A DNA stretch of 64,000 bases from assembly GCA_003056165.1 (NCBI GenBank), contig LSNR01000014.1:6408-70407 (forward strand). The letters run 5' to 3'. Shown here piece after piece: positions 1 to 9,747 of this stretch. Below the pieces are notes generated by a model. The model was not told the origin of the DNA and searched no databases. It was given only the letters and a program-made list of their open reading frames with translations. This DNA comes from Parcubacteria group bacterium M6-OD1-3 (lineage in GTDB: Bacteria; Patescibacteriota; Minisyncoccia; Moranbacterales; UBA9337). Positions within the stretch are counted from its first letter, which is position 1. Each line of letters starts with the position of its first letter. The position numbers were made by a program, and so were the translations under genes.

Positions 1-236
1 TTTGCCCCAATTTCGTAGGTGTGTATGTAAAGTGTAGTTTAGAAGAATGCAAAAGAAGAGATGTCAAGGGAATGTATGCAAAAGCGGAAAGAGGAGAAAT
101 AGGGGATTTTACTGGAATAAATGATCCATATGAAAAACCGAGCAGAGCAGAGGTTGTAATTGACACAGAAAAAGGAAATATAAAAAACAGTCTGAAAAAA
201 CTAAAAAAGTTATTAGGTCAGTCAATTAAAGATTAA
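1..236 (+). CDS. cysC: adenylylsulfate (APS) kinase, C-terminal fragment (5' end outside window)
   Basis: Translation DVKGMYAKAERGEIGDFTGINDPYEKP matches the conserved C-terminal motif of APS kinases. The ORF is open to the window edge. Confidence 0.65.
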   Translation, partial: CPNFVGVYVKCSLEECKRRDVKGMYAKAERGEIGDFTGINDPYEKPSRAEVVIDTEKGNIKNSLKKLKKLLGQSIKD

Positions 237-970
237 TTATAGTTGTATGTATCGATGATGTTTCTTAAGTGATTCTCTATTAGTGTTATTTGTTCTTTTG
301 TTAAATCTTCTTTATAGCTATCAATAGAGCCCTTTCTGAAGGCTCCTTTTATAACTACTTTTGTTTTATTATTATTTTCCGAGATGGCATTGTCTATTTC
401 TACTTGAGAAGTTGTTACTTTTAAAAACCTTAATATTTTCTCTATTTCTTTTGTTGCGTTTGTATGCAAATCTTCATATTTTATGCAATGGATATTTGGA
501 TGTGACAAAAAAGGATATATCGCATCCATATATTGTTTGTATTTTTTAATTGCGTCATCCAATGAGTTGGCAAAATTAAAAAAAGTTGAATGAATCATTG
601 ATGATATTACAGCCCTTGGATCCCGTTGAATATATATAATTTTAGCGTTTGGAAATAGTTTTAAAATTTTATCAATGTGTAAAATATGTAGGGGTGTTTT
701 TTCTATCAATATTTTGTTGGGGAATTTTTTTTGTTTTTCTTCTATAACTTTTTTTATCGTAGTGTTGTCGTAATTTATAAATGCTCCGGTTTCAGATGTT
801 TTAAATTTGCCATTGTGGCTAATTTTGATTGTGGGTTCAAAATCTTCCTTAAGTAATGGTACTATGTTAGAAAAAGATGTTAACAGTCCCCAAAGCCAAG
901 TTGTTCCACTTCGAGGAGCACCAATTATAAAAACGGGAGATTTGTTTTTTTTAAATATTTTTAAAAACAT
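233..970 (-). CDS. PAPS-dependent sulfotransferase family protein
   Basis: N-terminal FIIGAPRSGTTW is a 5'-PSB-like PAPS-binding motif. The gene is convergent with the APS kinase gene and overlaps its stop by 4 nt. Confidence 0.65.
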   Translation of the reverse strand: MFLKIFKKNKSPVFIIGAPRSGTTWLWGLLTSFSNIVPLLKEDFEPTIKISHNGKFKTSETGAFINYDNTTIKKVIEEKQKKFPNKILIEKTPLHILHIDKILKLFPNAKIIYIQRDPRAVISSMIHSTFFNFANSLDDAIKKYKQYMDAIYPFLSHPNIHCIKYEDLHTNATKEIEKILRFLKVTTSQVEIDNAISENNNKTKVVIKGAFRKGSIDSYKEDLTKEQITLIENHLRNIIDTYNYN

Positions 971-1052
971 AGCTAAACTGATTATGCCTCGTATAGTATT
1001 TTAACTGTATTAAACAAAGTATAACACACTATTTTTTTTTGCAATAGTATGT

Positions 1053-1090
1053 TTCAGGGCTTATTTGCTAGCTAGCAAATAAGCCCTGAA
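1053..1090. terminator. perfect 38-bp palindrome (ttcagggcttatttgctagctagcaaataagccctgaa); hairpin, possibly a terminator or operator
   Basis: The sequence is identical to its own reverse complement. It lies between the sulfotransferase start and the end of the FG-GAP gene. Confidence 0.5.
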
Positions 1091-1256
1091 TGTACAGTAG
1101 ATATTATTATTCATTACTTAAGAACTGCCACTCTTTTTTGTACGATGAAAAAATACAAAGCAGTCCAATGTCCGAATTTTTTTCCGGTTAAACCTATTTT
1201 TCAAAAAAATAGGCAGGTCGCACATTGTGCATACCTGCCTATAAAATAGATTGAGG

Positions 1257-2561
1257 TCAATAAAGATCATAGCTTGTGTTAAGCCAAATCTTCTCTGACT
1301 TAAACGGTGCTGTGTCGCCTGAACCATTTGGTTCATATTTAAATACGACGAAGTTTCCTGTGGAATGTTGGGCATGGATGCCAAACTCTATCTTTTTGTT
1401 ATTGAAAATATCAAAGTCTTTAACCAGGACATAATCAAATGCTCCAGCTGTGAAATACTGGACAACTTCATTCACAAAAGATGTTCCAGTTGATTTGAAA
1501 GCGGAAAATGCTCCACCAGTGAAGTTGAAAAACATTAGATCAACCTTCTTATCCCCATTATAATCAATAGCCTCTGGATAGGCATCAGAACTGCCTCCTT
1601 GACACCACACGCCTCTATTTCTCCATGTGGTGCCGTCCGATTCCCAAACAACTAAGTTTTTTGTACTAGAAGCATATAGTGCCAAATCTTCATATCCATT
1701 CCCTGTGAAATCTCCAGTAAGACTTTTCTGGAAAATATTGTTTCCAGAAAATGTTCCAAATCCTCCATTAGGAATTGATGTAGAATTAAAACTACTTCCA
1801 TTATTGAGAAAAACCTTAATAATGCCGTTCGTATAGTCGATAACGGCGATGTCGTCTTTCGCTCTGTCGCCTCCGGTTTCGTCCGCCTTATTAAAGTTTA
1901 AAGCAATAATATCGTCGATATTTTGCATATCGACTGATACTAGCCACTCTTGTTTCGGCAGAAATGATCCGACAAAGGTTGAACTATCTTGAGGTATTAC
2001 CCAAACTTTCCCAGTTGTTTTACCGATAACTACAAACTCCTCATATGAAGAGCTGAACCTTCCTGATGCAAATATTACTGGCTCATCAAAGATATAGTCT
2101 TTGTTTGCAACAATATTTTCCAAGTAATTTGTATCGGTAATGCTCAGGTTTCGAGCACTCTTGAGAGACAGCGTTGTCTCACTTGTTTGCGTTTCAATCA
2201 GAGCTGGCACAAGAGTTATCTCATTTGAAGAACCAGATTCTTCACCATTTGTATTGTAGCTTTTTATGACGCAGTAACAATTTTTTTCCGTTGCTGTGTC
2301 TAATGTGACGGAAATAGTGTACTCGATATTGGACATATCGGTTATATTTCCTGTCGGAATATCTAAGGGATTACCCCCCGTGATGTCTATTCCTGTATAT
2401 GGTCCACCACGAGTTTTTCCACAGTACACTTTGAAACCTTCAACTCCTGTGGTACTGCTTATGTCCCATTGGAACGATACATCGATTGTTTTTAGTTCTG
2501 CAAATGAATTTGTTGCAGAAAGAAAAAGAATGAATGTTGCGATGATGATCAGTGTTCTCAT
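1257..2561 (-). CDS. secreted protein with FG-GAP/VCBS-like repeats (signal peptide MRTLIIIATFILFLSATNSFA)
   Basis: N-terminal signal peptide. Repeated DxxGDGxxD-like motifs (DFTGNGYEDLAL, DYNGDKKVDLMFFN). Confidence 0.45.
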   Translation of the reverse strand: MRTLIIIATFILFLSATNSFAELKTIDVSFQWDISSTTGVEGFKVYCGKTRGGPYTGIDITGGNPLDIPTGNITDMSNIEYTISVTLDTATEKNCYCVIKSYNTNGEESGSSNEITLVPALIETQTSETTLSLKSARNLSITDTNYLENIVANKDYIFDEPVIFASGRFSSSYEEFVVIGKTTGKVWVIPQDSSTFVGSFLPKQEWLVSVDMQNIDDIIALNFNKADETGGDRAKDDIAVIDYTNGIIKVFLNNGSSFNSTSIPNGGFGTFSGNNIFQKSLTGDFTGNGYEDLALYASSTKNLVVWESDGTTWRNRGVWCQGGSSDAYPEAIDYNGDKKVDLMFFNFTGGAFSAFKSTGTSFVNEVVQYFTAGAFDYVLVKDFDIFNNKKIEFGIHAQHSTGNFVVFKYEPNGSGDTAPFKSEKIWLNTSYDLY

Positions 2562-2691
2562 TTTGTCCTCCTAGTATTATTTTTTGTCAAGATGCTGGTT
2601 GTTGTAAATATAACAAAGAATGTTTTATTTTACAATACCTTGCTTATTTAGTATAATTAAATCATTGAAAAATATAGCATAAATAACTCAT

Positions 2692-3984
2692 ATGAATATA
2701 TTAATAACAAATCATCATTTGCACGATTTTGCTGGTTCGGAATTATTTACTTTCAATTTGGCTATAGAATTAAGGAAAAGAGGTCATCATATTTTTTGTT
2801 TTTCTCCATTGCTGGGTAATATTGCTGATAAAATTAAAGAAAATGGAATAACTGTAATAGATAATATTCGTGATATTGAAAATAAAAAAATAGACATCAT
2901 TCATGCTCAACATAATACGACAGCAATTCTCGCCAGATCAATTTTCCCCAATGTTCCGATTGTTTTTACAGTGCATGGTATTCTACCAGAGTTGGAACAG
3001 CCACCATCTATTGATTTAGATATTGCCAAATTTGCGGTTATTAGTGAGGAAATTAAAGATTATTTGATAAATAATTATTCCATAAAAAAAGAAAAAATCA
3101 GATTGATAAGAAATTTTGTTGACTTCAATCGTTTTAAGCCGACGAAAATTATAAACAAATCCCCAAAAAATCTTCTTGTTTTAAGTAACCACTACATAGA
3201 CAAGACAAAAAACATCATAGAGAATGCCTGTAATGAGTTTAATATAAAATTTGAACATATCGGTTTACCGGAAAATTCGGTTGAAAATGTTGAGGATTAT
3301 ATAAACAATGTGGATATCGTAGTTACTCTGGGGCGAGGAGCTATTGAGGCTATGGCTTGTGAGAGGAATGTGATTGTATATGACATGCATGGAGGAGATG
3401 GTTATATTGATGAAGATAATTTTTTTGAAATTAGAAAAAATAATTTTTCCGGCAGAAGATTTAAAAAAGAATATTCGGTGGAGGATTTTAAAAAAGAAAT
3501 TTTAAAATATAATCCATTAACTGCCAAAAAATTAAGGGAAATTGTGTTAAAAGAGAATTCGGTAAAAAATATTGTTGATAATCTAGAATCAATTTATAAG
3601 GAAGTTTTGAAAACTGGAAAACAAATAAATTCTCAAATAAAACGGGGGGAACTTTTTTTGGAGATTCATTTTTTGGAGCAACTTTTCGCTAGAAACAATA
3701 AAGAGAAAATAAAACAGATGAATGAATCCAATCGATTAATTGAAGTGAGGGATAATGAGATAAATAAATTAAATCAAATAATCCAGCAGAAAAATTTGGA
3801 AATTCAAAAAAATGGTCAAATAGCCGATTTAGACCAAATAATTAAACAATTAAATGAAGAAAATAAAAAATTGAATTATGTGATTCAGCAAAAAGAACAA
3901 GAAATTGAAAATATGAAAAAGTCTAAATTTTGGAAATTGAGAAATAAATATTTGAAATTGAAAAAATATGCAAAAAGAAAATAG
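2692..3984 (+). CDS. glycosyltransferase family 4 (GT1/GT4 fold) with C-terminal coiled coil
   Basis: N-terminal GT4-like Rossmann region. The C-terminal 100 aa are heptad-rich (IQQKNLEIQKNGQIADLDQIIKQLNEENKKL). Confidence 0.65.
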   Translation: MNILITNHHLHDFAGSELFTFNLAIELRKRGHHIFCFSPLLGNIADKIKENGITVIDNIRDIENKKIDIIHAQHNTTAILARSIFPNVPIVFTVHGILPELEQPPSIDLDIAKFAVISEEIKDYLINNYSIKKEKIRLIRNFVDFNRFKPTKIINKSPKNLLVLSNHYIDKTKNIIENACNEFNIKFEHIGLPENSVENVEDYINNVDIVVTLGRGAIEAMACERNVIVYDMHGGDGYIDEDNFFEIRKNNFSGRRFKKEYSVEDFKKEILKYNPLTAKKLREIVLKENSVKNIVDNLESIYKEVLKTGKQINSQIKRGELFLEIHFLEQLFARNNKEKIKQMNESNRLIEVRDNEINKLNQIIQQKNLEIQKNGQIADLDQIIKQLNEENKKLNYVIQQKEQEIENMKKSKFWKLRNKYLKLKKYAKRK

Positions 3985-4002
3985 AAAATACATATTGGTT
4001 TT

Positions 4003-6348
4003 TTGACTGAAAGAATGTTACGTGGTTTTGGTGTTGATGTTGTAGTTGATAAAACCGCTAGAGAGTTAGTGAAAAATGGTTTCAGAGTAACGGTTTTTTG
4101 TATTAATGCAGATGGAAACTTTAATAATGATGAATATCAAATTGTGCAAGTTAAGTCATCACTGCATCATAATCCGTTTAAAACTGAACGAAGTGCGAAA
4201 AAGGCCTTGGAAAGATTAAATATTGAGGAAGATATTGATATTTGGATTGCAGAAACATATCCATTTTTTATGGCAACACAAATAATGGATAGGCCGGTTA
4301 TTGTAATTGATCATGGAGTAGCACAAACAAAAGGATTTAATATTATTAGACGAATTATTTTTGCTTATATAAAATTTGCTCATAATTATATCTACTTTAA
4401 AAAAGCAGATAGGTTAGTACATATATCAAAGTTTATTCGCTCTCTCACGCCAACTTTTTTAAGAAAAAAACAGTTGGTAGTTTATAATGGAGCTGATAAT
4501 TATAAGCACCCTACAAAAGACGAGATTTTAAGATTTAAAATGAAAAATAACATCAAAAATGATGATAAGATATTACTTTATGTAGGGAGAATAAATTCTA
4601 ATGATCAACCCTATAAAGGAACTGAGGAATTAGTCGGTGTTTTCAAAAAATTAAGAAAGAAATATCCAAGTTTAAAATTAATTATGGCTGGTTTCGGCAA
4701 TAAGAAAGATGGTATGTGGTTGAAAAGTGCAGGCATAATTCCGTTTTTAAATGCTGACGATAAGGACATTGCATTATTGTATTCAATAACTGATTGTTAT
4801 GTAACAGCATCAAAGTGGGAGGGATTTAATTTGCCATTAGTGGAGGCTGGACACTTTAGTGTCCCTTATGTTGCATATAACATTGGTGCCCATAAGGAGG
4901 TTGTAAATGATAAGTCTGGTTTTTTGGTTAATACTAAGAAAGATTTTATTTCTAGTATAGAAAAAATTATTTCAAATGAGAATTTAAGAAATAATATGTC
5001 TGAAAATGCCAGAAAAAATGCTGAAAGATTTATGTGGAAAAAAACGGGTTTGCGTTATAGTAATCTTATAAAAGAAGTTGTTGGTAAAAATAAGAAAAAA
5101 TATTCACAATATGATAAAGGAATGGTTGATATTATCACGCTTAATTATAATGGAAAAAAACACTTGAAACCATTATTTAATTCTTTGAAGGAACAAACAT
5201 ACGAGAATATACGAGTTACTATGGTTGATAATGGATCGAGCGATGGTTCATGTGAGTATGTTAAAAAAGAATTTCCATGGGTGAATTTAATAAGATCAGA
5301 TACAAATCTTTTTTTTAGTAGAGGAAATAATCTTGCTGTTAATAAAACTAAGGGGGAATATATATTCTTTGTGAATAATGATATTGTTGTTGAACCGGAT
5401 GCTATTCAAAATCTAGTTAATACGATTAATAAAAAAGGGAAATATAATATTGCTTCAGTGGCGGCAAAAATGCTTTTATTTAATAATAGGCGAGTTTTTG
5501 ATTCAACTGGTGTGGTTATCTTAAGTAATGGCGCGCCGTTTAATCGTGGAATTGGACAGATAGATATAGGTCAATATGACAAAGTAGAAGAAATATTTGG
5601 AGCTTGTTTTGGAGCGGTTTTAATAAGGAGAAATGTTTATGAAAAGTCAGTCGGACCATTAGATAACTCGTATTTTGGATATTTTGAAGATGTCGATTGG
5701 AATTACCGTGCTAGAATTTTTGGTTATAAATCTTATTTCTGTCCAAAAGCTGTTGTTTATCATGACCATTCAGCGACAAGTAAGAAAATGGGCTATGAGT
5801 GGAAATACTACTTAATTCATAGAAATTTTTTAAAAACTATTATAAAAAACTTTCAATTTAAGCGAATGATTTTGAAGGGTGGATATAAAACACTTGAGCT
5901 AATAAATCATTTGCGAAAAACCAAAGATAGGGAAAGAAAATTATCAATATTGAAAATATTACTTCATGTAACATATTCAATGCCACTTCTAATTTTTAAA
6001 CGATTTAGAATACAAAGAAAGCGCTGTGCTCCTGATATTGAATGTGTAAAGTTTAGTCAAGGTGAGCAATCTTTTTTTGATGCTGTTAATTATAGTCCAA
6101 TATTAACATTGGATACATTGCAAGCTATGTTTGCCAGATTAGATATGATTAAAAAATTTAACAATTTTGAAATATCAGATATCGTCTCACAAATAGCTTA
6201 TTTGAATGAAAGAAAAATGATGATGAATGAAAAAAATTGGGATACTCAAACAGAAAAGCTTATAAAATCTTTAGAAAGATATATTGGAAAAAGATATGTG
6301 GATAAGTTCATAAAAGCGGTTGTAATAGATAAAATTTGGAAAAAATAG
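4003..6348 (+). CDS. bifunctional glycosyltransferase: N-terminal GT4-like domain fused to a GT2 (family 2) domain
   Basis: GT4-like block (YVGRINSNDQ...EGFNLPLVEAGHFSVPYVA) followed by GT2 hallmarks (DIITLNYNGKKHL...MVDNGSSDGS...FVNNDIVVE). Confidence 0.7.
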   Translation: MTERMLRGFGVDVVVDKTARELVKNGFRVTVFCINADGNFNNDEYQIVQVKSSLHHNPFKTERSAKKALERLNIEEDIDIWIAETYPFFMATQIMDRPVIVIDHGVAQTKGFNIIRRIIFAYIKFAHNYIYFKKADRLVHISKFIRSLTPTFLRKKQLVVYNGADNYKHPTKDEILRFKMKNNIKNDDKILLYVGRINSNDQPYKGTEELVGVFKKLRKKYPSLKLIMAGFGNKKDGMWLKSAGIIPFLNADDKDIALLYSITDCYVTASKWEGFNLPLVEAGHFSVPYVAYNIGAHKEVVNDKSGFLVNTKKDFISSIEKIISNENLRNNMSENARKNAERFMWKKTGLRYSNLIKEVVGKNKKKYSQYDKGMVDIITLNYNGKKHLKPLFNSLKEQTYENIRVTMVDNGSSDGSCEYVKKEFPWVNLIRSDTNLFFSRGNNLAVNKTKGEYIFFVNNDIVVEPDAIQNLVNTINKKGKYNIASVAAKMLLFNNRRVFDSTGVVILSNGAPFNRGIGQIDIGQYDKVEEIFGACFGAVLIRRNVYEKSVGPLDNSYFGYFEDVDWNYRARIFGYKSYFCPKAVVYHDHSATSKKMGYEWKYYLIHRNFLKTIIKNFQFKRMILKGGYKTLELINHLRKTKDRERKLSILKILLHVTYSMPLLIFKRFRIQRKRCAPDIECVKFSQGEQSFFDAVNYSPILTLDTLQAMFARLDMIKKFNNFEISDIVSQIAYLNERKMMMNEKNWDTQTEKLIKSLERYIGKRYVDKFIKAVVIDKIWKK

Positions 6349-6387
6349 AATCTCTTAAGAAAACTTTTATTAGTTTCTATTCTTCTA

Positions 6388-7347
6388 TTAGCTTGGGACG
6401 TAATAGGCAATTCCTTCATAATCCCATGTGCCCGAAAGATTATTAATAATATTATCTCTTTCTGTTGTGCTGGTTGTATAAAAATGATTACCCTGAATTT
6501 TATTAAAAAATCTGTAGACAGCTGTAGAGTTACTTTGACTACTGGAAAATATATAGTAAGCAATTCCTTCATAATTCCAAGTAGGAAGATTGTTAATTAT
6601 ATTATCTTTTTCTGTGGAACTTGCGGTGTAAAAATGAAAACCGGTGTTGGTATTAAAAAAGCGATAAAGTGGTGTTGTATTATAAGCTTGATTCTGGTAA
6701 GCGTTGTAGGTAATTCCTTCATAATTCCATGTATTTGAAAGATTATTTATAATAGTATCTCTTTCTGTAGAGCTCATGGTGTAAAAATGGTTTCCTTGAA
6801 TTTTATTAAAAAATCTGTAGATAGAAACTTCGTGTGCATAAGTAACAGTTGCTCCAGTTATTGTTCCGGGAGTAAGAGCTACTGATAATTCATCCAAAAG
6901 TTCATTGACTCTTAGGGATAAATTTGTTGTTCCAGAGGTAAATCCGGAAGTTGTTTTGGCGTGAATTGTGGCTATATGGACATCGTTTCCGTTGATACCT
7001 GTTGCATTTGCACCAGTAAACCACAAATGGCCATTAGTTATATCAGTGCTGTTAACCGTCAATGGGTCGAAAATTGAAGCATCATCCCCGACACTGACAC
7101 CTTCAGTTCCTTGAGTAGTATCAACTGTTACATAGGAAGCAGTAAAATCAAAATACATATTAAATCCGCCCAAATTTTTTCCTCCAGTATCTACATGGAC
7201 TTCAATATCGAAATTGGTGCTTGCGTCAACGTTTTGATTTGTTGGTGTAATCCAAACATCTCCCTCAGATGCTTGGGTAATACTAAAAATTCCAAGCGTT
7301 GATATTATTGATATTACAACAATTGCAATAGTGTATATCCTTTTCAT
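6388..7347 (-). CDS. secreted protein: cohesin-like N-terminal domain plus three copies of a roughly 50-aa YRFFN...HFYT...ER repeat (DUF5648-like)
   Basis: Signal peptide MKRIYTIAIVVISIISTLGIFSITQA. Three near-identical repeats YRFFNKIQGNHFYT[MT]S[ST]TERD.IINNLS.TW.YEGI. Confidence 0.45.
   Translation of the reverse strand: MKRIYTIAIVVISIISTLGIFSITQASEGDVWITPTNQNVDASTNFDIEVHVDTGGKNLGGFNMYFDFTASYVTVDTTQGTEGVSVGDDASIFDPLTVNSTDITNGHLWFTGANATGINGNDVHIATIHAKTTSGFTSGTTNLSLRVNELLDELSVALTPGTITGATVTYAHEVSIYRFFNKIQGNHFYTMSSTERDTIINNLSNTWNYEGITYNAYQNQAYNTTPLYRFFNTNTGFHFYTASSTEKDNIINNLPTWNYEGIAYYIFSSSQSNSTAVYRFFNKIQGNHFYTTSTTERDNIINNLSGTWDYEGIAYYVPS
6400..6840. repeat. three tandem 150-bp DNA repeats inside the CDS (the repeat units above)
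   Basis: Near-identical stretches such as cc[ct]tgaattttattaaaaaatctgtaga recur at about 6494 and 6793. Confidence 0.7.
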
Positions 7348-7597
7348 ATTTTTTGTATGTTATTTTTTTTATTGACATTTAATATTTCTATATTGTCCTT
7401 CTTGCAACATAATAACACATTAATATTATAGCATAGTTTAAATTATCTACAATTTTTTAAATACTTACAAAAATGTCATATCTTAAATTTAAAAAATTTA
7501 AGTTCAAAAAGCTTGAAATTTTAAATTAATAATGGTATGGTTATAGTTAATATTGAAAAAATGTAGTTCTTATAAAATAAATTTAGGAGGATGTATA

Positions 7598-9133
7598 ATG
7601 GAATTTAGTCAGTTGATGAAAGAAGTTGGAGCAGTCGGTATTCATTTTGAAAAAATGATGCCGGAGATAGAAATAAAGGCAATGACCGGTTTCCCTATTT
7701 TGATAGTTGGCGAAACCGGAACAGGAAAGGAACTTGTCGCAAAACTCATTCATAGGATGAGTAAAAGAAGCGATAAGCCTTTACAATTTGTAAATGTTCC
7801 CGCTATTAATAATGGTGTATTTGAAAGCGAACTATTTGGTCACGAAAAAGGTGCTTTCACGGATGCATCTAAAGCACGAAAGGGTGTTATTAGAGAAATT
7901 CACGGTGGAACTATCGTCTTGGATGAAATTGGCGATATGTCGCTAGAAACTCAAGCCAAAATTCTTCGCTGGCTGGAAAGTGGAGAGATTAAACCAGTTG
8001 GTTCTGATAGAGTGTTATTTGTAGATGTCAGAGTTATTGCCTCCACAAATAAAAAATTGGAGAATCTAATTGAGTCTGGTTTATTTAGACAAGACTTATA
8101 TTATAGACTAAGTTCATTGTCTATAGAAGTATCGCCTCTTAGAAAAAGTCAGGAGGCAATACTTGATCTAACAAAGTATTTTGTGGATAAAAATAAGAAA
8201 CATTTCGTTGATTTTCGTGGGAATTCCCTAGATGATCCGAGCGGAAGTGAACTCGCTAAGTTATTTAGCGAGTTGATTGAAGCAAATGCTCATTGTTCTA
8301 ATTTCTTATCTGGTAATGCCAGGGAATTGGAAAGTGTGGTGAAAGAATGGCTATTCAAGAGAGCTCTTAACTATAATAAAGAGAAAAATGCAGAAAGTCT
8401 TTTATCTACATATTATCTTGATAATAATAGTAGGTCTTCATCGAAACCAGAGTCGTCAAATGATGATAATACTAAAGTCTGTTGTGCAGATGAAGAGTCT
8501 GCTCTTGTAACTAATATTCGCAAAGCACTTATTTTATGTAAATGGAATACGAAAAATGCAGCTATATTACTGGAGTGTTCTGAAGAAGAGTTGCAAAAAA
8601 TAATCGAGGATAATAACATTTTTGTTGAGGAGGGAGATAATTATTCCATTAGCAGAGAGGATGTGAAACCAATCAAATCTTTCTCAACAGATAATCAACA
8701 TCAAATAGATGTCTTTCAAAATGCTAGCTGGCTGAAAAAAATCAACTGCAATTTTGCTGCACCCTCCAATAATGAATTGAAGGAGATCCATGATATTTTA
8801 GAGCGGAAAATTGCAGAGGTGGAGAAAGAAGTCTTTCAGATGGCAATTAACCATTTTAATGGTAATCTAAGAAAGGCTACAAGAAGCTTGGGAATAGGAG
8901 ATAAAAGGTTGAAGGCAGGACTGGAAAAATATAACATTTCTGCGGTTTCAGGTGTTCAATTGGAGGCTAATCCTGGTCCGCTAAACGAAATTCTTCTTAC
9001 TGAGGAGAACAAGTTGATTAAATTTCTTTTGATAAAAAATATGACAGCCAAAAATATTGCAAAAATTCTTGGTTATCACATTAATGCGGTTTATTGTAGG
9101 ATAAAGAGATATAATCTTAAGGAGGAAGAGTAG
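7598..9133 (+). CDS. sigma-54 interaction-domain (bEBP-like) AAA+ transcriptional regulator without a receiver domain
   Basis: Walker A GETGTGKE, then ESELFGHEKGAFTDAS (a variant of the GAFTGA loop), an arginine finger region, and a C-terminal Fis-type HTH plus a second HTH-like segment. RBS AGGAGG sits 8 nt upstream of the ATG at 7598; the ORF track start at 7553 lacks an RBS. Confidence 0.7.
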   Translation: MEFSQLMKEVGAVGIHFEKMMPEIEIKAMTGFPILIVGETGTGKELVAKLIHRMSKRSDKPLQFVNVPAINNGVFESELFGHEKGAFTDASKARKGVIREIHGGTIVLDEIGDMSLETQAKILRWLESGEIKPVGSDRVLFVDVRVIASTNKKLENLIESGLFRQDLYYRLSSLSIEVSPLRKSQEAILDLTKYFVDKNKKHFVDFRGNSLDDPSGSELAKLFSELIEANAHCSNFLSGNARELESVVKEWLFKRALNYNKEKNAESLLSTYYLDNNSRSSSKPESSNDDNTKVCCADEESALVTNIRKALILCKWNTKNAAILLECSEEELQKIIEDNNIFVEEGDNYSISREDVKPIKSFSTDNQHQIDVFQNASWLKKINCNFAAPSNNELKEIHDILERKIAEVEKEVFQMAINHFNGNLRKATRSLGIGDKRLKAGLEKYNISAVSGVQLEANPGPLNEILLTEENKLIKFLLIKNMTAKNIAKILGYHINAVYCRIKRYNLKEEE

Positions 9134-9254
9134 TATTCTCTTGCTGAGTATAATAAAAACAAAAGGGTTAAACTGTTAAGTCAGTTTAGTCCTTTTTTAA
9201 TTTCAAAATATAAAATGATGCAAAGGATAATACTAGATAATAGTTGGCAAAAAT

Positions 9255-9280
9255 AAAACCGCTATAAATAGCGGTTTTTT
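9255..9280. terminator. bidirectional rho-independent terminator (aaaaccgctataaatagcggtttttt)
   Basis: GC-rich stem flanked by an A-run and a T-run. It lies between convergent genes (the regulator and rpmE). Confidence 0.7.
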
Positions 9281-9332
9281 GCAAATATTTTAACAACAAC
9301 TGTAAACATTTTGATAGTGTGGTTGTGCGAAA

Positions 9333-9644
9333 TTATTTTGCAGTTTTTTTAATTGAGCTAAGATTTTTTTTAGCGGAAGATTTGAGTACTTTAGTTTTTT
9401 TGACCGGTTTAGCTGATTTTTTTAAAGCTTTCCTTACTTTGTCCGATTTTTCAGTAATTTTTTGGAAGCGTTCCATTCGTCCAGCTGTGTCAATTACTTT
9501 TTTATCTCCAGTGAAGTACGGGTGACACATTGAGCAAATTTCTGTCTCAATTTTTTCTTGTGTAGATCCAGTTTCAAGAACTGCTCCGCAAGCACATTTA
9601 ATTTTTGCTTTTGGATAATAATTCGGATGAGTATCTTTTTTCAT
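9333..9644 (-). CDS. rpmE: 50S ribosomal protein L31 with K-rich C-terminal extension
   Basis: MKKDTHPNYYPKAKIKCACGAVLETGS...CSMCHPYFTG. Confidence 0.85.
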   Translation of the reverse strand: MKKDTHPNYYPKAKIKCACGAVLETGSTQEKIETEICSMCHPYFTGDKKVIDTAGRMERFQKITEKSDKVRKALKKSAKPVKKTKVLKSSAKKNLSSIKKTAK

Positions 9645-9719
9645 AGTATTTTTGAATTACAATTTTTTATAATATATATTCCTTAATCAATGGAGAAATA
9701 CTAGCACATAAAAAAATAA

Positions 9720-9747
9720 TTGACAAGTGTTGCAGTTCTGATATACT
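9720..9747 (+). promoter_or_regulatory. sigma-70-like promoter TTGACA-16-TATACT, about 400 nt upstream of rpsB (long leader)
   Basis: Match to the -35/-10 consensus seen directly in the sequence. Confidence 0.45.

Noticed and set aside
361-549. Numerous short antisense or overlapping ORFs in the track (e.g. 361..549, 8413..8619, 11052..11249, 16058..16303, 38695..38942, 44241..44546, 59535..59759)
   Set aside because: Each lies inside a longer ORF with recognisable conserved motifs; these are typical spurious frames.
7350-7597. Sigma-54 -24/-12 promoter (TGGCAC-N5-TTGC) near the bEBP-like gene or elsewhere in the window
   Set aside because: No convincing match was seen by eye. A computational scan of the whole genome is needed before concluding absence.
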